Source: an uncultured Acidobacteriota bacterium (GTDB taxonomy: Bacteria > Acidobacteriota > Vicinamibacteria > Fen-336). Taken from it: 64,000 nt of DNA. A program made the translations under genes and the position numbers. Positions 41,501 through 53,603 of this stretch are shown piece by piece (within the stretch, counting starts at the first letter, position 1; each line of letters starts with the position of its first letter). The notes below the pieces were generated by a model, which was given only the letters and a program-made list of their open reading frames with translations, was not told the origin of the DNA and did not search any database. Location: assembly GCA_963720545.1 (NCBI GenBank), contig OY970399.1, positions 1,120,001 through 1,184,000 on the forward strand, given 5' to 3'.

Positions 41501-43114
41501 TCAGTCGTCGTTCGAGACGGACTCGGTGGAATTGGGTCGGGAACACGCTGAGTTGCTCGCGCGGCGCATGGTAGCCGGGGGAATGTTGCACGCGGTCTCG
41601 CGGTCCAGGGTCGCCAACGTTCGCGCGTAAAGCGCCTCGACCTCTTCGGGGCTGTTGCCTATCGCCGTCAGTCCTAGCTTCCCAAACTGGGAAACCGCAC
41701 CCATCAGATGGAATAGAACGCCGGTCTCCGAACCTTGATCGTAGTGAAGCCGGTTGACCGTGAGGATGTCGATGAGGTCTTCGGGCAGCACACCCCGGTA
41801 GGCCGGTGAGCAGAGATTGTCTGTAGACCGGTAGTACTTGGTGAGCCCGCGTGGGGTACGAAACAGGCCACTCCCTACGTCGAGTTGTCCCGCGGTGAGG
41901 AAGCGTAGGGCGAGGAACGGGTGGGTGGTTCCTCCCATCCGCAGATTGATTTCGATCGCGTTGATGTCCCAATCGCTTCTTCGTTCCGCCCGCCGAACCA
42001 CGAAGTCGACGCCAAATCGGCTCACGACACCCTTGGAGGCGAGTACGGCTCCGACGCGTGCGCCCGCCTCCTGGATAGCGAGCCTGTAGTCGTCGGCCGC
42101 GGGGAAACGACATCCAAGGTACGTCTGCCCCATCGGTCCACCCAGAATCTGGTCGTGCGTGGCTACGAGGATCACGGCGCCCCTCGGGTTCACGCGGAGT
42201 TGCGCGCTCGGTGAGCGTTTGTCGTGTCCCTCCAGAAACTCCTCCACGATTCCACCCATCCGCTGGAGCTTCGAAAAGTAACTGACGCGGGTTTCGGCCG
42301 GAACCGCGAACGTCAGGTGCCTCATGGCGCGTTCGATCGCGGGGCGGGCGCGCGAACTCGTTGGATACGTGTAAAGAGCATTGCCCTCACCCGAGAAACT
42401 CTCGTCAAGCTTGACGACCGCCCGCCGAATGCCCGGGCGGATCCGCGCCAGCTCAGCCAGGGCGCGAACCGTCTCCGATTCGCTGTGGATATCCTCGATT
42501 CCATCCGGGCAGGCAACCCCCGCCTCTCGAAAGATCCGCCGGCTTCCGGATTTCGTACCGTGCTTCAGGAGCTGTGGATCCACGCCGTTCAGCGGAATGT
42601 CCAGGAGCACCGACAGCTTTCGTTCGAGCGGTGTGGCGTTGAAGACCGAGAGGTACGCACGCGACACGTCCGGAATCCCGACGCGGATCCGCTGGAGAAG
42701 CCTCGGCCGCTCCAGGATCTTCTCGGTCAAGGGGCGAGGCGAAGAGTCATGAGCGCAGAGCAGCGTCAGGCGAGCGCGCGCATGGCTTGCTGGGATTCCC
42801 GCAAGCAGCTGGAAGTAGTACTCGAGAACGAGCGGATGGATCGGTTGTGAGGTGACATACACGACTCGAGCCCGAGGGTTGCGCAAGCGGATCAGCAGGA
42901 AGAGAAGCCGTTCCTCGTAAAACGTCACACCGGCGATCTTCTGGAGTTCCACCTGATCCAGCGTCTGCGACGGGACTACGACCGACGTGTAGTCTTCGTC
43001 GTCACCGGGAAAGATCGCGCTCCACAGGCTCGCCAGCCGCGGCTTGAGCGCTTCGAACGCCGCGATCTCAGCCTCCGGCTCCAGGTCCCAGGGAAAGGGC
43101 GGCTTCGGGATCAT
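41501..43114 (-). CDS. Peptide ligase PGM1-related ATP-grasp protein
   Basis: YEERLLFLLIRL, GTKSGSRRIF, KLDESFSGEGNA, EINLRMGGTTHP. Confidence 0.88.
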   Translation of the reverse strand: MIPKPPFPWDLEPEAEIAAFEALKPRLASLWSAIFPGDDEDYTSVVVPSQTLDQVELQKIAGVTFYEERLLFLLIRLRNPRARVVYVTSQPIHPLVLEYYFQLLAGIPASHARARLTLLCAHDSSPRPLTEKILERPRLLQRIRVGIPDVSRAYLSVFNATPLERKLSVLLDIPLNGVDPQLLKHGTKSGSRRIFREAGVACPDGIEDIHSESETVRALAELARIRPGIRRAVVKLDESFSGEGNALYTYPTSSRARPAIERAMRHLTFAVPAETRVSYFSKLQRMGGIVEEFLEGHDKRSPSAQLRVNPRGAVILVATHDQILGGPMGQTYLGCRFPAADDYRLAIQEAGARVGAVLASKGVVSRFGVDFVVRRAERRSDWDINAIEINLRMGGTTHPFLALRFLTAGQLDVGSGLFRTPRGLTKYYRSTDNLCSPAYRGVLPEDLIDILTVNRLHYDQGSETGVLFHLMGAVSQFGKLGLTAIGNSPEEVEALYARTLATLDRETACNIPPATMRRASNSACSRPNSTESVSNDD

Positions 43115-43318
43115 GAGGTTCCTTCAACCAAACCCCGTGCCACTCTGGCGCGCACTCGACGACCGCAGATACTCACGACATCGCGCGGCTTTAGCGCAAT
43201 GTTTGCGGACCGGCTTCGTGCGGCGCGAACTTCTTGCGCAAAGGGTCGGCTCGCTATCCTACCCCTGCCACGTTCCCCTGAGGCGTTACGACGCGCCGCG
43301 GTCGTCGAATCCTAGAGT

Positions 43319-43334
43319 TGGCACGAAGGTTGTT
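43319..43334 (+). promoter_or_regulatory. Sigma-54-like -24/-12 element (variant -12)
   Basis: TGGCAC-GAAGG-TTGTT upstream of 43360. Confidence 0.45.
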
Positions 43335-43359
43335 TGCCAATGGGTTCTAGGAGTGTCCT

Positions 43360-44364
43360 GTGACGATAACCCTCGAGACGCGCTACCTGGGCTTCACGCT
43401 TCCCCATCCATTCATGCCCGGGGCCTCGCCTCTGGTGGATGACCTCGACATGGTGAAGCGGCTGGAGGACGCCGGCGCGGCGGCGATCGTCATGCACTCG
43501 CTGTTCGAGGAGCAGATCGAGCGAGAGGCCGTTCGGGGCTTTCTTCGAAACGGAATGCAGGGCGAATCCGTGGCCGACGCGCTGTCCTACGCTCCCAACC
43601 CTGATCGGTTCGCCCTGAGCCCCGAGGACTACCTCGAGCACATCACGAAGATCAAGAAGATCGTCCGCGTCCCCCTCATCGCCTCGCTCAACGGCACGAC
43701 CCTTGGCGGCTGGCTGAAGTACGCGAAGGAGATCGAACAAGCGGGAGCCGACGCCCTGGAGCTGAACGTGTATACCGTCACGAGCGACCCCGACGTGAGC
43801 AGCCAGGAGGTTGAGGATCGACAGGTCGACATGCTGAGGGCTGTTAAGACCGACGTCCGGATCCCGGTCGCCGTCAAACTCTCACCGTACTATGCTGGAT
43901 TCCCTCATTTCGCGCGAAGACTGGATCAGGCCGGTGCCGACGGCATCGTCCTCTTCAACCGCTTCTATCAGCCCGATATCGATCCCGAACATCTGGATGT
44001 CTCCCACCATCTGACGCTTTCGAGTTCCGTCGAGCTGCCGCTGCGCCTGCGATGGCTGGCCATGCTCTCGGGGCGTGTGCGCGCGTCGTTGGCCGTGACG
44101 GGAGGGGTGCAAGGCGCGCGCGACGCGGTGAAGGCCGTCATGGCGGGGGCCCACGCCGTGCAAATGGTTTCAGCCCTCTTGCGCAGCGGTCCCGAGTACC
44201 TCGTCCGTGTTCGAGAGGAAACCGCTGCCTGGCTCGCCGACCACGGCTACCAGTCCTTGGGTCAGCTCCGCGGAAAGATGGATTTCACGTCTTGTTCAAA
44301 TCCCTCCGCATACGAACGCGCCAACTACATGCTGCTCCTGCAGTCGCGGCGGCCCCGGGCGTAG
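43360..44364 (+). CDS. Dihydroorotate dehydrogenase-like FMN protein
   Basis: GAAAIVMHSLFEEQI, IASLNG, AVKLSPY, LFNRFYQPDID, YERANY. Confidence 0.9.
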   Translation: MTITLETRYLGFTLPHPFMPGASPLVDDLDMVKRLEDAGAAAIVMHSLFEEQIEREAVRGFLRNGMQGESVADALSYAPNPDRFALSPEDYLEHITKIKKIVRVPLIASLNGTTLGGWLKYAKEIEQAGADALELNVYTVTSDPDVSSQEVEDRQVDMLRAVKTDVRIPVAVKLSPYYAGFPHFARRLDQAGADGIVLFNRFYQPDIDPEHLDVSHHLTLSSSVELPLRLRWLAMLSGRVRASLAVTGGVQGARDAVKAVMAGAHAVQMVSALLRSGPEYLVRVREETAAWLADHGYQSLGQLRGKMDFTSCSNPSAYERANYMLLLQSRRPRA

Positions 44365-44375
44365 CAGCGAAGCTA

Positions 44376-44654
44376 TTACGCGCTGGCCGGTAGTCGCGTG
44401 GCCGGCCCGATCCGCACGCGGCCATCGACCACGATCGCACCCTGGCCGGGGGGCGAAGTAGTGCAGGTCCTCCCCGGCCAGGTCCTTGCTGCCCAGAAAG
44501 CGCTGTCGCACCGACTCTGGGCCAGGCGCCCGAAATGTTCGCTGAGCCGCTGCTGGTCATCGGGGCGCATCGCCCTGAGATGAAGCGACGTCCCATCCCG
44601 CAGCAGGGCATCCGCCGCGTAGGCTCGGGCGGCGTCGCGCGTCGATTGCCTCAT
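44376..44654 (-). pseudogene. Remnant of the N-terminal GNAT domain of a Pat/acetate-CoA ligase-type protein
   Basis: ADALLRDGTSLHLRAMRPDDQQRL..HF.RL, then frameshifted VRQRFLG...EDLHYF; truncated. Confidence 0.7.
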
Positions 44655-44777
44655 CGACCCTAGGTCGGTTCGCGCAACCGTTGCGGCACCGCGCGCGCGC
44701 TCGCGCAAACCGTGCGCCGAAGCGGCACGCCGTAACCTGTAACTCGTGTGCGTGCGTCGCCCAACTCGATGCTGGCG

Positions 44778-44793
44778 TGGCATGAAGATTGTT
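44778..44793 (+). promoter_or_regulatory. Sigma-54-like -24/-12 element (variant -12)
   Basis: TGGCAT-GAAGA-TTGTT upstream of the cytochrome c gene. Confidence 0.45.
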
Positions 44794-44819
44794 CCCCACA
44801 GGAGGCAGGAGGAGCAACC

Positions 44820-45257
44820 ATGAGAACCGCGAGTTGGGTTGTGATCGCATTCTTTGCCAGTGTGGCCGGAATTGCGCCGGCGCTGCTGGCCCAGCACCCA
44901 GGATCGGTCACTGCTGTGGGAACCGTTGGCAGCGACACGTCGGGACCCGCGCTCTACAAGTCGTACTGCTCGAGCTGCCATGGCCTGGCCGGGAAGGGAG
45001 ACGGCCCGCTGGCAGAGCATCTGCGGTATCGCCCGGCCGACCTCACGCTCATCGCCAAGCGAAATCGCGGGACGTTCGACACGGACAGGGTCTATCGTAC
45101 GATCGACGGGCGCGACCCCGTGAAAGGCCACGGCGGCACTGACATGCCTGTTTGGGGCGACGCTTTCAAGCGCTCGGGCGACGGCTACGACGAGGAGACC
45201 GTGAAGCGCCGCATCCAATCCCTGGTGGATTTTCTGAGCACCCTGCAAGTCCAGTGA
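44820..45257 (+). CDS. Monoheme cytochrome c
   Basis: AGGAGG RBS, signal peptide, CSSCH, HGGTDMPVWG. Confidence 0.92.
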   Translation: MRTASWVVIAFFASVAGIAPALLAQHPGSVTAVGTVGSDTSGPALYKSYCSSCHGLAGKGDGPLAEHLRYRPADLTLIAKRNRGTFDTDRVYRTIDGRDPVKGHGGTDMPVWGDAFKRSGDGYDEETVKRRIQSLVDFLSTLQVQ

Positions 45258-45270
45258 GGAGGCAGCCAAC

Positions 45271-46234
45271 ATGGCAAGGTTACGGATCGAAAACATTCTT
45301 TGCCCCACCGACTTCTCGATGTTCTCAGCCCGTGCCGTCCGCCATGCTGGCGCTCTGGCGCAGCGGTTTGGTGCGCGGCTCACGGTGCTGCACGTCTGGG
45401 CTCCTTACGCGACGAGTCCGCTCCACGCCCCGGCCACGATCGCGTCGAACTGGGAACTTCGCACCCGGATCGACGATGAAATGCGCGCCTTCGTGGAGTC
45501 TGCCGTCCACGACAGCGCGACCGTGAAGACGGTGGTGCGCGAGGGCGAGCCGTGGCGGGAGATCCAGGCGATGGCGGAGCAGCTGCCGGCGGACCTGCTT
45601 GTCATGGGCACGCACGGCCGGGGAGGGTTCGAGCACCTGCTGCTCGGCTCGGTAACCGAGAAGATCTTGCGCCGCGCCCCCTGCCCGGTTCTTTCCGTCT
45701 GCCACGAAGAGGGCCGGACGTGGGAGGCGCCGGGTTTGATTCGCCGGATCCTGTGCGCGACGGACCTCTCCGCGTCGTCGAATCCCGCGATGAAGTTCGC
45801 CCTCGCGCTGGCGCAAGAGCACAAAGCGACGCTGATTCTCGTCCATGTGGTCGAGGCCCTTGCGCCAGGGGCGACCCGGACACCTGGTAATGCCCGAGAC
45901 CGAAGCGCTGCGCCAGCGGATCGAGTCGCTGGCACGGAATCGGTTGAGTCGGACGACCCTGTTAAATCCGCGGACCGGCTGCAAGATCGTGAGACGAGTA
46001 GTAGGTGGCCGCGCGCATCGCGAAATCCTCCGGCTCGCTGTCGAGGAGTCCGCCGACATGATCGTGATGGGAGCGCGCCCTCACGCCACGCTGGCGCACG
46101 CGGTGTTCGGTTCCACGTCGCAGCATGTCGTCCGGGAAGCGACGTGCCCCGTTCTGACGGTGCGCCCACTTTTTGGGGCCGCAGGAGGGCGGCAACCGAG
46201 ATCTGTAACGAAACGCGTCAGGGCACATGGATAG
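45271..46234 (+). pseudogene. Tandem universal stress protein, frameshifted near 45870
   Basis: ILCPTDFS, MGTHGRGG...GSVTEKILRRAPCPVL; second domain ends in another frame (GSTSQHVVREATCPVLTV). Confidence 0.85.
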
Positions 46235-47937
46235 CTTCGCGTTGAAGCGCGCCGCCAGCGGGGGAACCCGTCTGTCTTCCCCGTACCGAGGTGCGGCACT
46301 GCTGCGCATGCCCCTCTACAACAAGGGCTCGGCCTTCAGCGAGCAGGAACGTGCCGACCTCGGCCTGGAAGGGCTGCTTCCCTCGCACATCGCCACCATG
46401 GACGACCAGCGCCGCCGCGTCCACGCGAACCTCGCACGGAAGAAGGATGCGCTCGAGAAGTACATCGGACTGGCGTCGCTGCAAGACCGAAACGAGTGCC
46501 TGTTCTACCGGGTGCTGTTGGATTACATCGAGGAGCTCTTGCCCATCGTCTACACTCCGACGGTCGGGCTCGCCTGCCAGGAGTACAGCCACATTTTTCG
46601 GCGCGCACGCGGGCTTTGGATCACCCCCGAGCAGCGAGGCAGGATTTACGAGGTGTTGGGTAACGCCCCGTTTGCCGACGTACGCCTGATCGTCGTGACG
46701 GACAACGAGCGAATCCTAGGGCTCGGGGACCAGGGTGCCGGCGGCATGGGCATCCCCATCGGCAAACTGGCTCTCTACACTGCTGCGGCGGGGATCCCAC
46801 CCTGGCAGACTCTGCCGATCAGCCTCGACGTGGGGACGGATAACGAGGAGCTTCTCGCGGACGATCTCTACTTGGGGTGGCGCGACCGTCGGCTGAGATC
46901 GCCCGAGTACGACTCGCTGGTCGACGAGTTCGTTCATGCCGTCAAGCGGCGCTTCCCGCGGGCGCTGCTCCAGTGGGAAGACTTCAAGAAGGGGAATGCG
47001 TTTCGGCTGCTGGACCGGTATCGCGGATTCCTTCCATCGTTCAACGACGACATCGAGGGCACGGCGGCAGTGGCCGTGGCTGGCATGACGGCGGGTGCTC
47101 GGCATACGGGAATACGGCTGACCGACCACAAAACAGTGATCCTCGGCGCCGGTGCCGCCGGGATCGGCATCGCCCGCCTCATTCGCACCACGTTGCGCCA
47201 GGCTGGTCTTCGCGGAGAAAGCGTAACGAATGCGATCGCGTGCATCGACTCGCGCGGCCTCCTCGTGGACGATCGGCCCATCGCCGACGAGCACAAGCGC
47301 GACTTCGCGTGGCCTTCGGCCCTGGCGGAGGCGCGCGGGCTCGGACGAGGGAGCGCCCGCGATCTGCCAGCGGTCGTCACCGCGCTCCGGCCCCCGGTCC
47401 TCATCAACTTCCGGTAAGCCAAGTGCTTTTACCGAGGACGTCGTGCGCGAGATGGCACGTCACGTCGAACGTCCCCTCGTGTTCCCTTTGTCCAATCCAA
47501 CCAGCAAGAGCGAGGCGAACCCGGCCGATGTCATGGCGTGGACGGAAGGCAGGGCTCTCGTAGCCACCGGCAGCCCTTTCGAACCGGTCTGCTGGAAGGG
47601 TCGCACGCTGACCATTGGTCAGGCCAACAACGTCTTCGTGTTCCCGGGACTCGGGCTGGGCGCTTTGGTGTCCCAGGCCCGTGAGATCACCGAGCCGATG
47701 TTCGTCGCGGCGGCTGGCCGGTTGGCCCTTGAAGTGGGTGCGGACGACCTGGCGTCGGGCAGTCTGTTCCCCCCGGTTCGAAACCTTCGCCGCGTCGCGC
47801 GAGGGATTGCGGTGGTCGTGGCGCGCGAAGCTCGTGACTCCGGCGTGGGACGGTCGTTGTCCGACGAAGAGATTGAAGGCGCGCTGGATGAAGCGATGTG
47901 GGAGCCGTCATATGCCATCATCGGCGCGACGTCATGA
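46227..47937 (+). pseudogene. maeA: NAD-dependent malic enzyme, frameshifted near 47405
   Basis: PIVYTPTVG, ILGLGDQG, QWEDF, FNDDIEGT, GAGAAG; continues LSNPTSKSE, QANNVFVFPG in another frame. Confidence 0.88.
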
Positions 47938-47938
47938 A

Positions 47939-48791
47939 ATGACGCTATCGTGGCCCCTGCTGTGGTTCGCTGTCGCGGTGATCATTGCGATGACTGTCCT
48001 TGTTTCCGTCAACAGCATGCGAGTCCGTCGCAGCGTCAACCGCGAGGTCAGGTCGATGTGGGCACACGCGACCGAAGCACTCCCCATCGATCGGACGCGG
48101 CTATCGGCACTTCCAGCACCCGCGCGTGTCTACCTCGAGAAGGCCCTTGGCCATCGCGCGACCGCCATCCGAACGGTCCGCTTTCGCCACGGCGGACGTT
48201 CCGCACGAGCCTCGAGGGTGCCTGGCAACCCATCCGCGGGGAACAGTACGAATCCTCTGATCCACCGGGATTCATCTGGTGGGGCCGACTGCGCAGCGCA
48301 CCCGCCGTGTGGGTGGATGCTCGTGACTGGTCCGTTGCCGGAGCCGGCCGAATGTTCGTTTCGCTCGAATCGACGTTCACGCTGTTCGATCGATCTGGCA
48401 CCGAGATCGACCAGGGAGCGCTCCTCCGCCTCCTTTCGGACATGGTGCTGTTCCCGAGCGCATTCCTCGACGGCCGTTATGTGACCTGGGATGGCATTGA
48501 CGACACGCACGCGCGAGCGACGTTACGCGTCGGCACACAGGCCGTGGAAGGAGTCTTCGAGTTCGGTGCAAACGGCCTGCCGTTGTCCTTTTAGCTGATC
48601 GCTACTACGACACCGGTAAGGGGCGCGCCGAATTGCAGCCGTGGTCGGGCGAGTACCGCGACTACCGCGAAGTTGATGGCATCCTCGTGCCTCACCGCTT
48701 CATCGGGTACTGGCATGTGGTGACAGGGCGGATCCCATACGTCGATTTCCAGCTGGAACCACCACAGTTCGATGCCGCGGCACCGTTCTGA
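47939..48791 (+). pseudogene. DUF6544-like protein, frameshifts near 48195 and 48592
   Basis: LPAPARVYL, PPGFIW, EIDQGALLRLL, WDGIDDTHARAT, PWSGEYRDYREVDG. Confidence 0.7.
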
Positions 48792-48812
48792 GCTGCCCCG
48801 ACGGCGCCGTGG

Positions 48813-50021
48813 CTACCAGAAGACGACGGCGACAGCGGCAGCCAGCGCGAGCGCCAGCAGACTCGCTCCGGCCTCGAGTGCGAACGCCCCGCGGCCCATG
48901 CCGAGGACCGCCGCCAGCTTGAACAGCGTGTTCGCGAGGGCGCCACGGCCAACGCCTTACCGGCGACATCTGCTGCGGTCGAACTGCCCAGCTGAGCGAC
49001 GAGAATGAGCGCGCTTGAGAGTGAGCGCCGGCCAGGGGCGGAAGCCCCGAGGCGCGCACAGAATGGTCCCCCAGGCGAGGAATGTGTGACCACCTGGAAG
49101 GCCAGCGCCATCTGGATGGCGACCAGCAGGCCGAGGGGGTTGCGTGGCTGGGGTGCGGCCGCAGCCGATTCCTTCGCGCGACGAAACCCAACGGCCGCGA
49201 TGACGAGGCCAACCGCGAGTGGAGCTGCCATGTGAACCGCCATGGTTGTGCCCAATCGCGGATCGAGTGCAGTCGCAAGGAGCCCGACGCGCGCAAACGT
49301 GACCGTGCAGGCGGCTGTGACCCCCACAGCCAAGGCTCCCCCCAGCCCGGGTTCGGCGCGGCTTTCGCGGGCGAAACTCATTGTCACGGCAGTGGACGAC
49401 ACGAGGCCGCCCAGGAGACCCGCAAGACCATAGCCCTGCTGCGGACCGACGGCGCGCAGCGCGAGAAAACCCGCGAAGCTCAGACCGGAGAAAACCAGCA
49501 CCAAACCCCACAGCCGCGCGAACGAAGACCCGGTGCGGCTCAAGGGCTCAGGCAGAAGGGTAGGACCACAGCAGCGAGCATCGCGAATGCCGCGACGGAG
49601 ATGGCGGGGTACGAGGGACTGAAGACGAAGCACGGTTTCTCGAGAGAGACCAGCGCGACAGCAGCGCCGCCGCCTGGCCAGAACCAGGGTCCAGAGCCGG
49701 CCAGAACGCCGGCACCTAGCACGACGATGGCCGAGACCTCGGTGGTGCCGTCCGGGTCGCCGCCGCGAGAGGCGACCAGGTAGGCGGCCACCACCAACGA
49801 GCCGGCCGCCACCAGGAGCACGCCGGCGGCCATGCCCCTTGCCACTGCGACTTGCAGGTCGCATCCGCGTGTCAAGCGAGCAGAAGGAAGGTCCGGACCC
49901 CGGCGAATTTTGGGGCTCGTCGACGGGCGGACGCGGACCACTCGCGCTCGATCCCGACGGCGAGGCCACCGAACGCAGCGACGGCAAGGCGCAGCGCGGA
50001 CGGCTCGAGCGTTGCGCTCAC
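48813..50021 (-). pseudogene. MgtC/SapB + DUF4010 membrane protein, multiple frameshifts
   Basis: GLAVGIEREW...FAGVRTF, DGTTEV, GLLGGLVSSTAVT. Confidence 0.78.
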
Positions 50022-50028
50022 GAGGGCC

Positions 50029-50231
50029 TTAAGAACTTTGGTGTGACGAAGGTCGCGAACAGCCTCCCAGCCGAAGATGCCCACTGCCACCGCAAGCAGG
50101 GGCTGCCCGAGAAACATGAACGCGACCAGCGTGTAAGGCGTCTCCCCCACGAGGAGAGGAGACAGATGAGGAGACGGCACCGAGGCGAGAAGGCCACCGC
50201 GTCGTCCAGAGCCGTGCGCCACACGGGTCAT
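50029..50231 (-). CDS. Small membrane protein coupled to the NapC/NirT gene (probably frameshifted)
   Basis: ATGA overlap; ETPYTLVAFMFLGQPLLAVAVGIF hydrophobic helix. Confidence 0.5.
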
Positions 50232-50881
50232 TGACCGGCCGCCGCAGTTCGATGGGCGGGCCCGTGACATCCCAGGCACGGCGTCTCACCCGAAATCAGC
50301 CTGGCCAAGTCCTCCGGCGGATGGCCATCGCTCTTCACGAACTTCTGAGACTCGCCGTGGCAGTGAAGGCAACGGCTGTTGGGATAGGGGTGGGCGATCT
50401 TGAGGGGCAGCGAATAGGAGCCTGTCGTGTAGCGGACGACGTGGCCGAGACCCTCCCTCTTTGCTGTGAGGGTCCCGAACATCCCGTAGTCCGTGTGACA
50501 GGTGTAGCAGTGGTCCTCCTGGATATAGCGATTCTTGAAATGGACCGCGGCCAGAGTATCACTGTCGGGATTCGAGAGATCGGACAGGTAGGGCTGCATC
50601 ACGTGACACGAGCCGCACGCGGCGGGCGTCTTCGACGCATCGATGCCGTGGGAGTAGTCGAAGAAGACGATCGGAAGCGGCAAGATCGCCAGGGCGATGA
50701 ACAGAAGCTCCTTCAATCTCGAGCTCAGCCCGTCGCGGGCCAGCATCTTCCAGGCGACGACCAACAAAACCAGAGCGAGAACAATGAAGCCGATTCCGAG
50801 TCCCCGCGACCAGTCTTCCGTCGTTCCAATCCAGCCGTGAGGGCGGGGAGCTACCGTACTGGCGAGGAGCGCAATTCTCAT
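50228..50881 (-). CDS. Membrane-anchored tetraheme cytochrome c, NapC/NirT (CymA/ImoA-like)
   Basis: Two N-terminal TMs; CGSCH, CYTCH, CLHCH, CLGCH. Confidence 0.88.
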   Translation of the reverse strand: MRIALLASTVAPRPHGWIGTTEDWSRGLGIGFIVLALVLLVVAWKMLARDGLSSRLKELLFIALAILPLPIVFFDYSHGIDASKTPAACGSCHVMQPYLSDLSNPDSDTLAAVHFKNRYIQEDHCYTCHTDYGMFGTLTAKREGLGHVVRYTTGSYSLPLKIAHPYPNSRCLHCHGESQKFVKSDGHPPEDLARLISGETPCLGCHGPAHRTAAAGQ

Positions 50882-50889
50882 GGGGCCAG

Positions 50890-51237
50890 TTACTTGGCCT
50901 TGAGGCTCTCCATGTAGGAGACGATGGCTTCTAGATCCTCGGCCGACAGCTTCGGATATGCCTTCATGGGAGGCTTGCGTGTGGCCTTTGACTTCGCGGT
51001 CATCTCTTGCGGCTTAACGATCGACTCCTTGATTTCATCGCGCGAAAGCTTGGAGCCGACGCCGTCGAGCGATCCTTTGGCGTTCCCCTCTCCCGCGACA
51101 GAATGGCACAGCTTGCACTTCTGCTCGCTGTAGACCTGCTTCCCGTGGTCAATCTTTTGGGCTTCCTGGCCGAAACCCGGCGACACGCCACCTGCCACCA
51201 GCGCCATAGCCACGAAACCCACGGTCAATCGCTGCAT
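50890..51237 (-). CDS. Periplasmic monoheme cytochrome c
   Basis: GGAGG RBS, signal peptide, CKLCH, distal PPM. Confidence 0.9.
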   Translation of the reverse strand: MQRLTVGFVAMALVAGGVSPGFGQEAQKIDHGKQVYSEQKCKLCHSVAGEGNAKGSLDGVGSKLSRDEIKESIVKPQEMTAKSKATRKPPMKAYPKLSAEDLEAIVSYMESLKAK

Positions 51238-51265
51238 GACTCGCCTCCCTTGATTCTGCTGTTGC

Positions 51266-53599
51266 CTACCAGCGATAAGTGAAGCGCAGGTAAGCCGCCT
51301 TGGCATTGTAGTCGGCGTCGTTTGCGGCCAGGAAGAACGAGCCGGGCACGTAGTTGAGCAGACCGTCGGTGTTTGAGTCGTCGATCTCGTAGTCCTCGAC
51401 GAATCCGCCCAGCGCACACGACCACGATTTGGCGAATGCGAACCTCAGCTCGCCGCCGAGCCGAGTCGATCGCGTGTCGTCGTAGAGCGGAATGTCCAAC
51501 ACCCCGCCGACGTTGGCGCGGGCGGAGGCCGGCGCGCCACCCGGAGGCGCGAACAGATCGTTGTTGCCGTTCACCTTCTGATGGTGCCCGCTCACGTCGA
51601 GAAACCACTTGTCCTTGACCAGGGTAATGAGGGCGCCGGCGCCAATAGTGCTGACCTTGTCCTCCACGTCCGAGGTCCAGTCGTCGAGGGGATTGTCGGA
51701 CACCGTGGCTCCGCTTTGCCGTCCGCGCTGCGCGTTGGTGAGTTTTTTGCGGCTGTAAAACGCAAAGACCGTGAACCGCTCGTTGGGCGTGTAGTCGGCT
51801 TCGGCGGAGAAGGTGTCGTAAGTCGCGTTGGTCAGACCGTACCGGCTCTCTTCGTAGTCCTCATCTGTACGCAGGTAGGACAGGGCGAAGCTCGAGTTCC
51901 CTGTGGGCGTGAGCTGCAGGCTGCCACCAAAACGCGTCACGTCCCTCTTGGCCTGGTCGTAGCGCAGGTTGCACACCGGCCCGCCAGCGCCGCACAGGCT
52001 TGCGAAAACAGCGGCAAAGGCGGGATTTTCGGATGGCGGTGGGACAGCCAAGAGGTTCGCGGGCGCGCCGGGCTCCTGGAACGACGCCTCCTCGGATGCC
52101 TCGATCTCGAGGTGCTCGTAGTCGCGCTTGGCCTTCTCGAAGTTCGCGCGGAGGGATGACCCATCCGGTCGCACGAACGTCGGCAGCCAGCACGAGCCCG
52201 TTTTCACTCGTGTCCTCGGTTTCGCGGAACGTCCGCTTCATCCCCCGGTGCTTGAACCCGCCTTCGACCGTGACACGTCCCAGGTCATAGCTCGCTGTGG
52301 CGTCGAAACCCAGCGTTTCGAAGCCATAGGGCACGCCGATGCGGGGGATGTCCTCCCACACGGCGTCGAAGCGGACGTAGCCCGGGAACGCGATCCGCGC
52401 GGTCTCATTCGTCTGGTTGTACTTGCGCACGCGCGCCACCAGGGTGAGGTTGGCTGCTGGTCGCGAGGTGGCGTTCAGGTTGAGCGAGGTCACGTTGATC
52501 TGTCCGTCGAGCTGGCGGGCGGGCAGCGCCCCGGCGTCGGTCGCTGGAACGTGGCCCCTGTCCCCGTCTCGCCAACGACCGACGTGTTCGTGGTGTACGG
52601 GATGAAGGGCGTGCTGTCCTGGGTCCAGCGGCCCAGCGACGCGTTGGCGCTGATCCTGGTTCGCCGGGAAGGATCAGTGTGCCGCCGATGATCCGTTGAA
52701 GGCCTGGTTGTCGGGCGGAAGCGCCATGAGGCCGCGGACCGGACCGCCGACCGACGCCGTGCCGGGCGCCTGGTAGGCGTTTGGGTCCGTGGAGTCCGTG
52801 GCGCGGAAGGGATTGTCCCAGGCGAGGGTTTCGACCGGCTCTCGAACCAGTTGTAATGCAGCCCTGCGTGGAGTACGCCCCAATCGTCGCCGTATTCGAC
52901 GTCGGCGCCGACGTCCTGCGTGAGGTAGTGAAGCGGTTCCGGCAGCTCCACCACGTTGCCGAACCCGAACGACGTGCCCGATGCCGCCCGGTCCCCGGCC
53001 CGTCGCTCCCGGAAATAGGTGACCCTGACGGCGACGGGACCTTCCGGCGTCACGTTGAACACCAAGTGGCCGCGTTCACGCTGCAAGCTCAGGTCCACAC
53101 TGTTGGCGGCTGTGAGCGACGGACTTACCAAACCGTTGAGAAAATCGTAGTTGATCTGCGAACGAGGAACGGTGCCTTCCAGGGTCGTCTGGAAATTGCT
53201 CTGGAGCGTGTCGCTGACCTCCCACACACCCTCGCGCGTATTCGACAGGAGCGTGTGGCCGTTATTGCCGAAGTTGTGTGGGATCTGGTTGTATTGGCCG
53301 TCAACCGAAAACGCCCCCTTGCTCAGGCTCAGCCAGAACCGCTGGTCGCGCTGCTGCACGTTTCGGCCGGCGAGGTCCCACTGGAATCCGTCGTTCGCGC
53401 CATGGAACCTGAACGAGGCGGCCGTCAGGCCGTTGGGCAGATCGCGATACTCCTCGAACTTGGACGACGGGGTATCGCTGTCGGTCTGGCCCACGCCCAA
53501 CGTCACCTCGCCCGTCTCGAAGTCGGGCACGGCGGGTGGGGTCTGGCCCGAGGCGGTGCCGGCGATCAGGAACAAGCTGAACGCGACGGAACGAGTCAT
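51266..53599 (-). pseudogene. MtrB/PioB family outer-membrane porin, several frameshifts
   Basis: SKFEEYRDLPNG, YNQIPH, ELPEPLHY, LAWDNPF, ALPPDNQA, C-terminal YLRFTYRW; split over about 5 frame segments. Confidence 0.85.
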
Positions 53600-53603
53600 G
53601 GGT

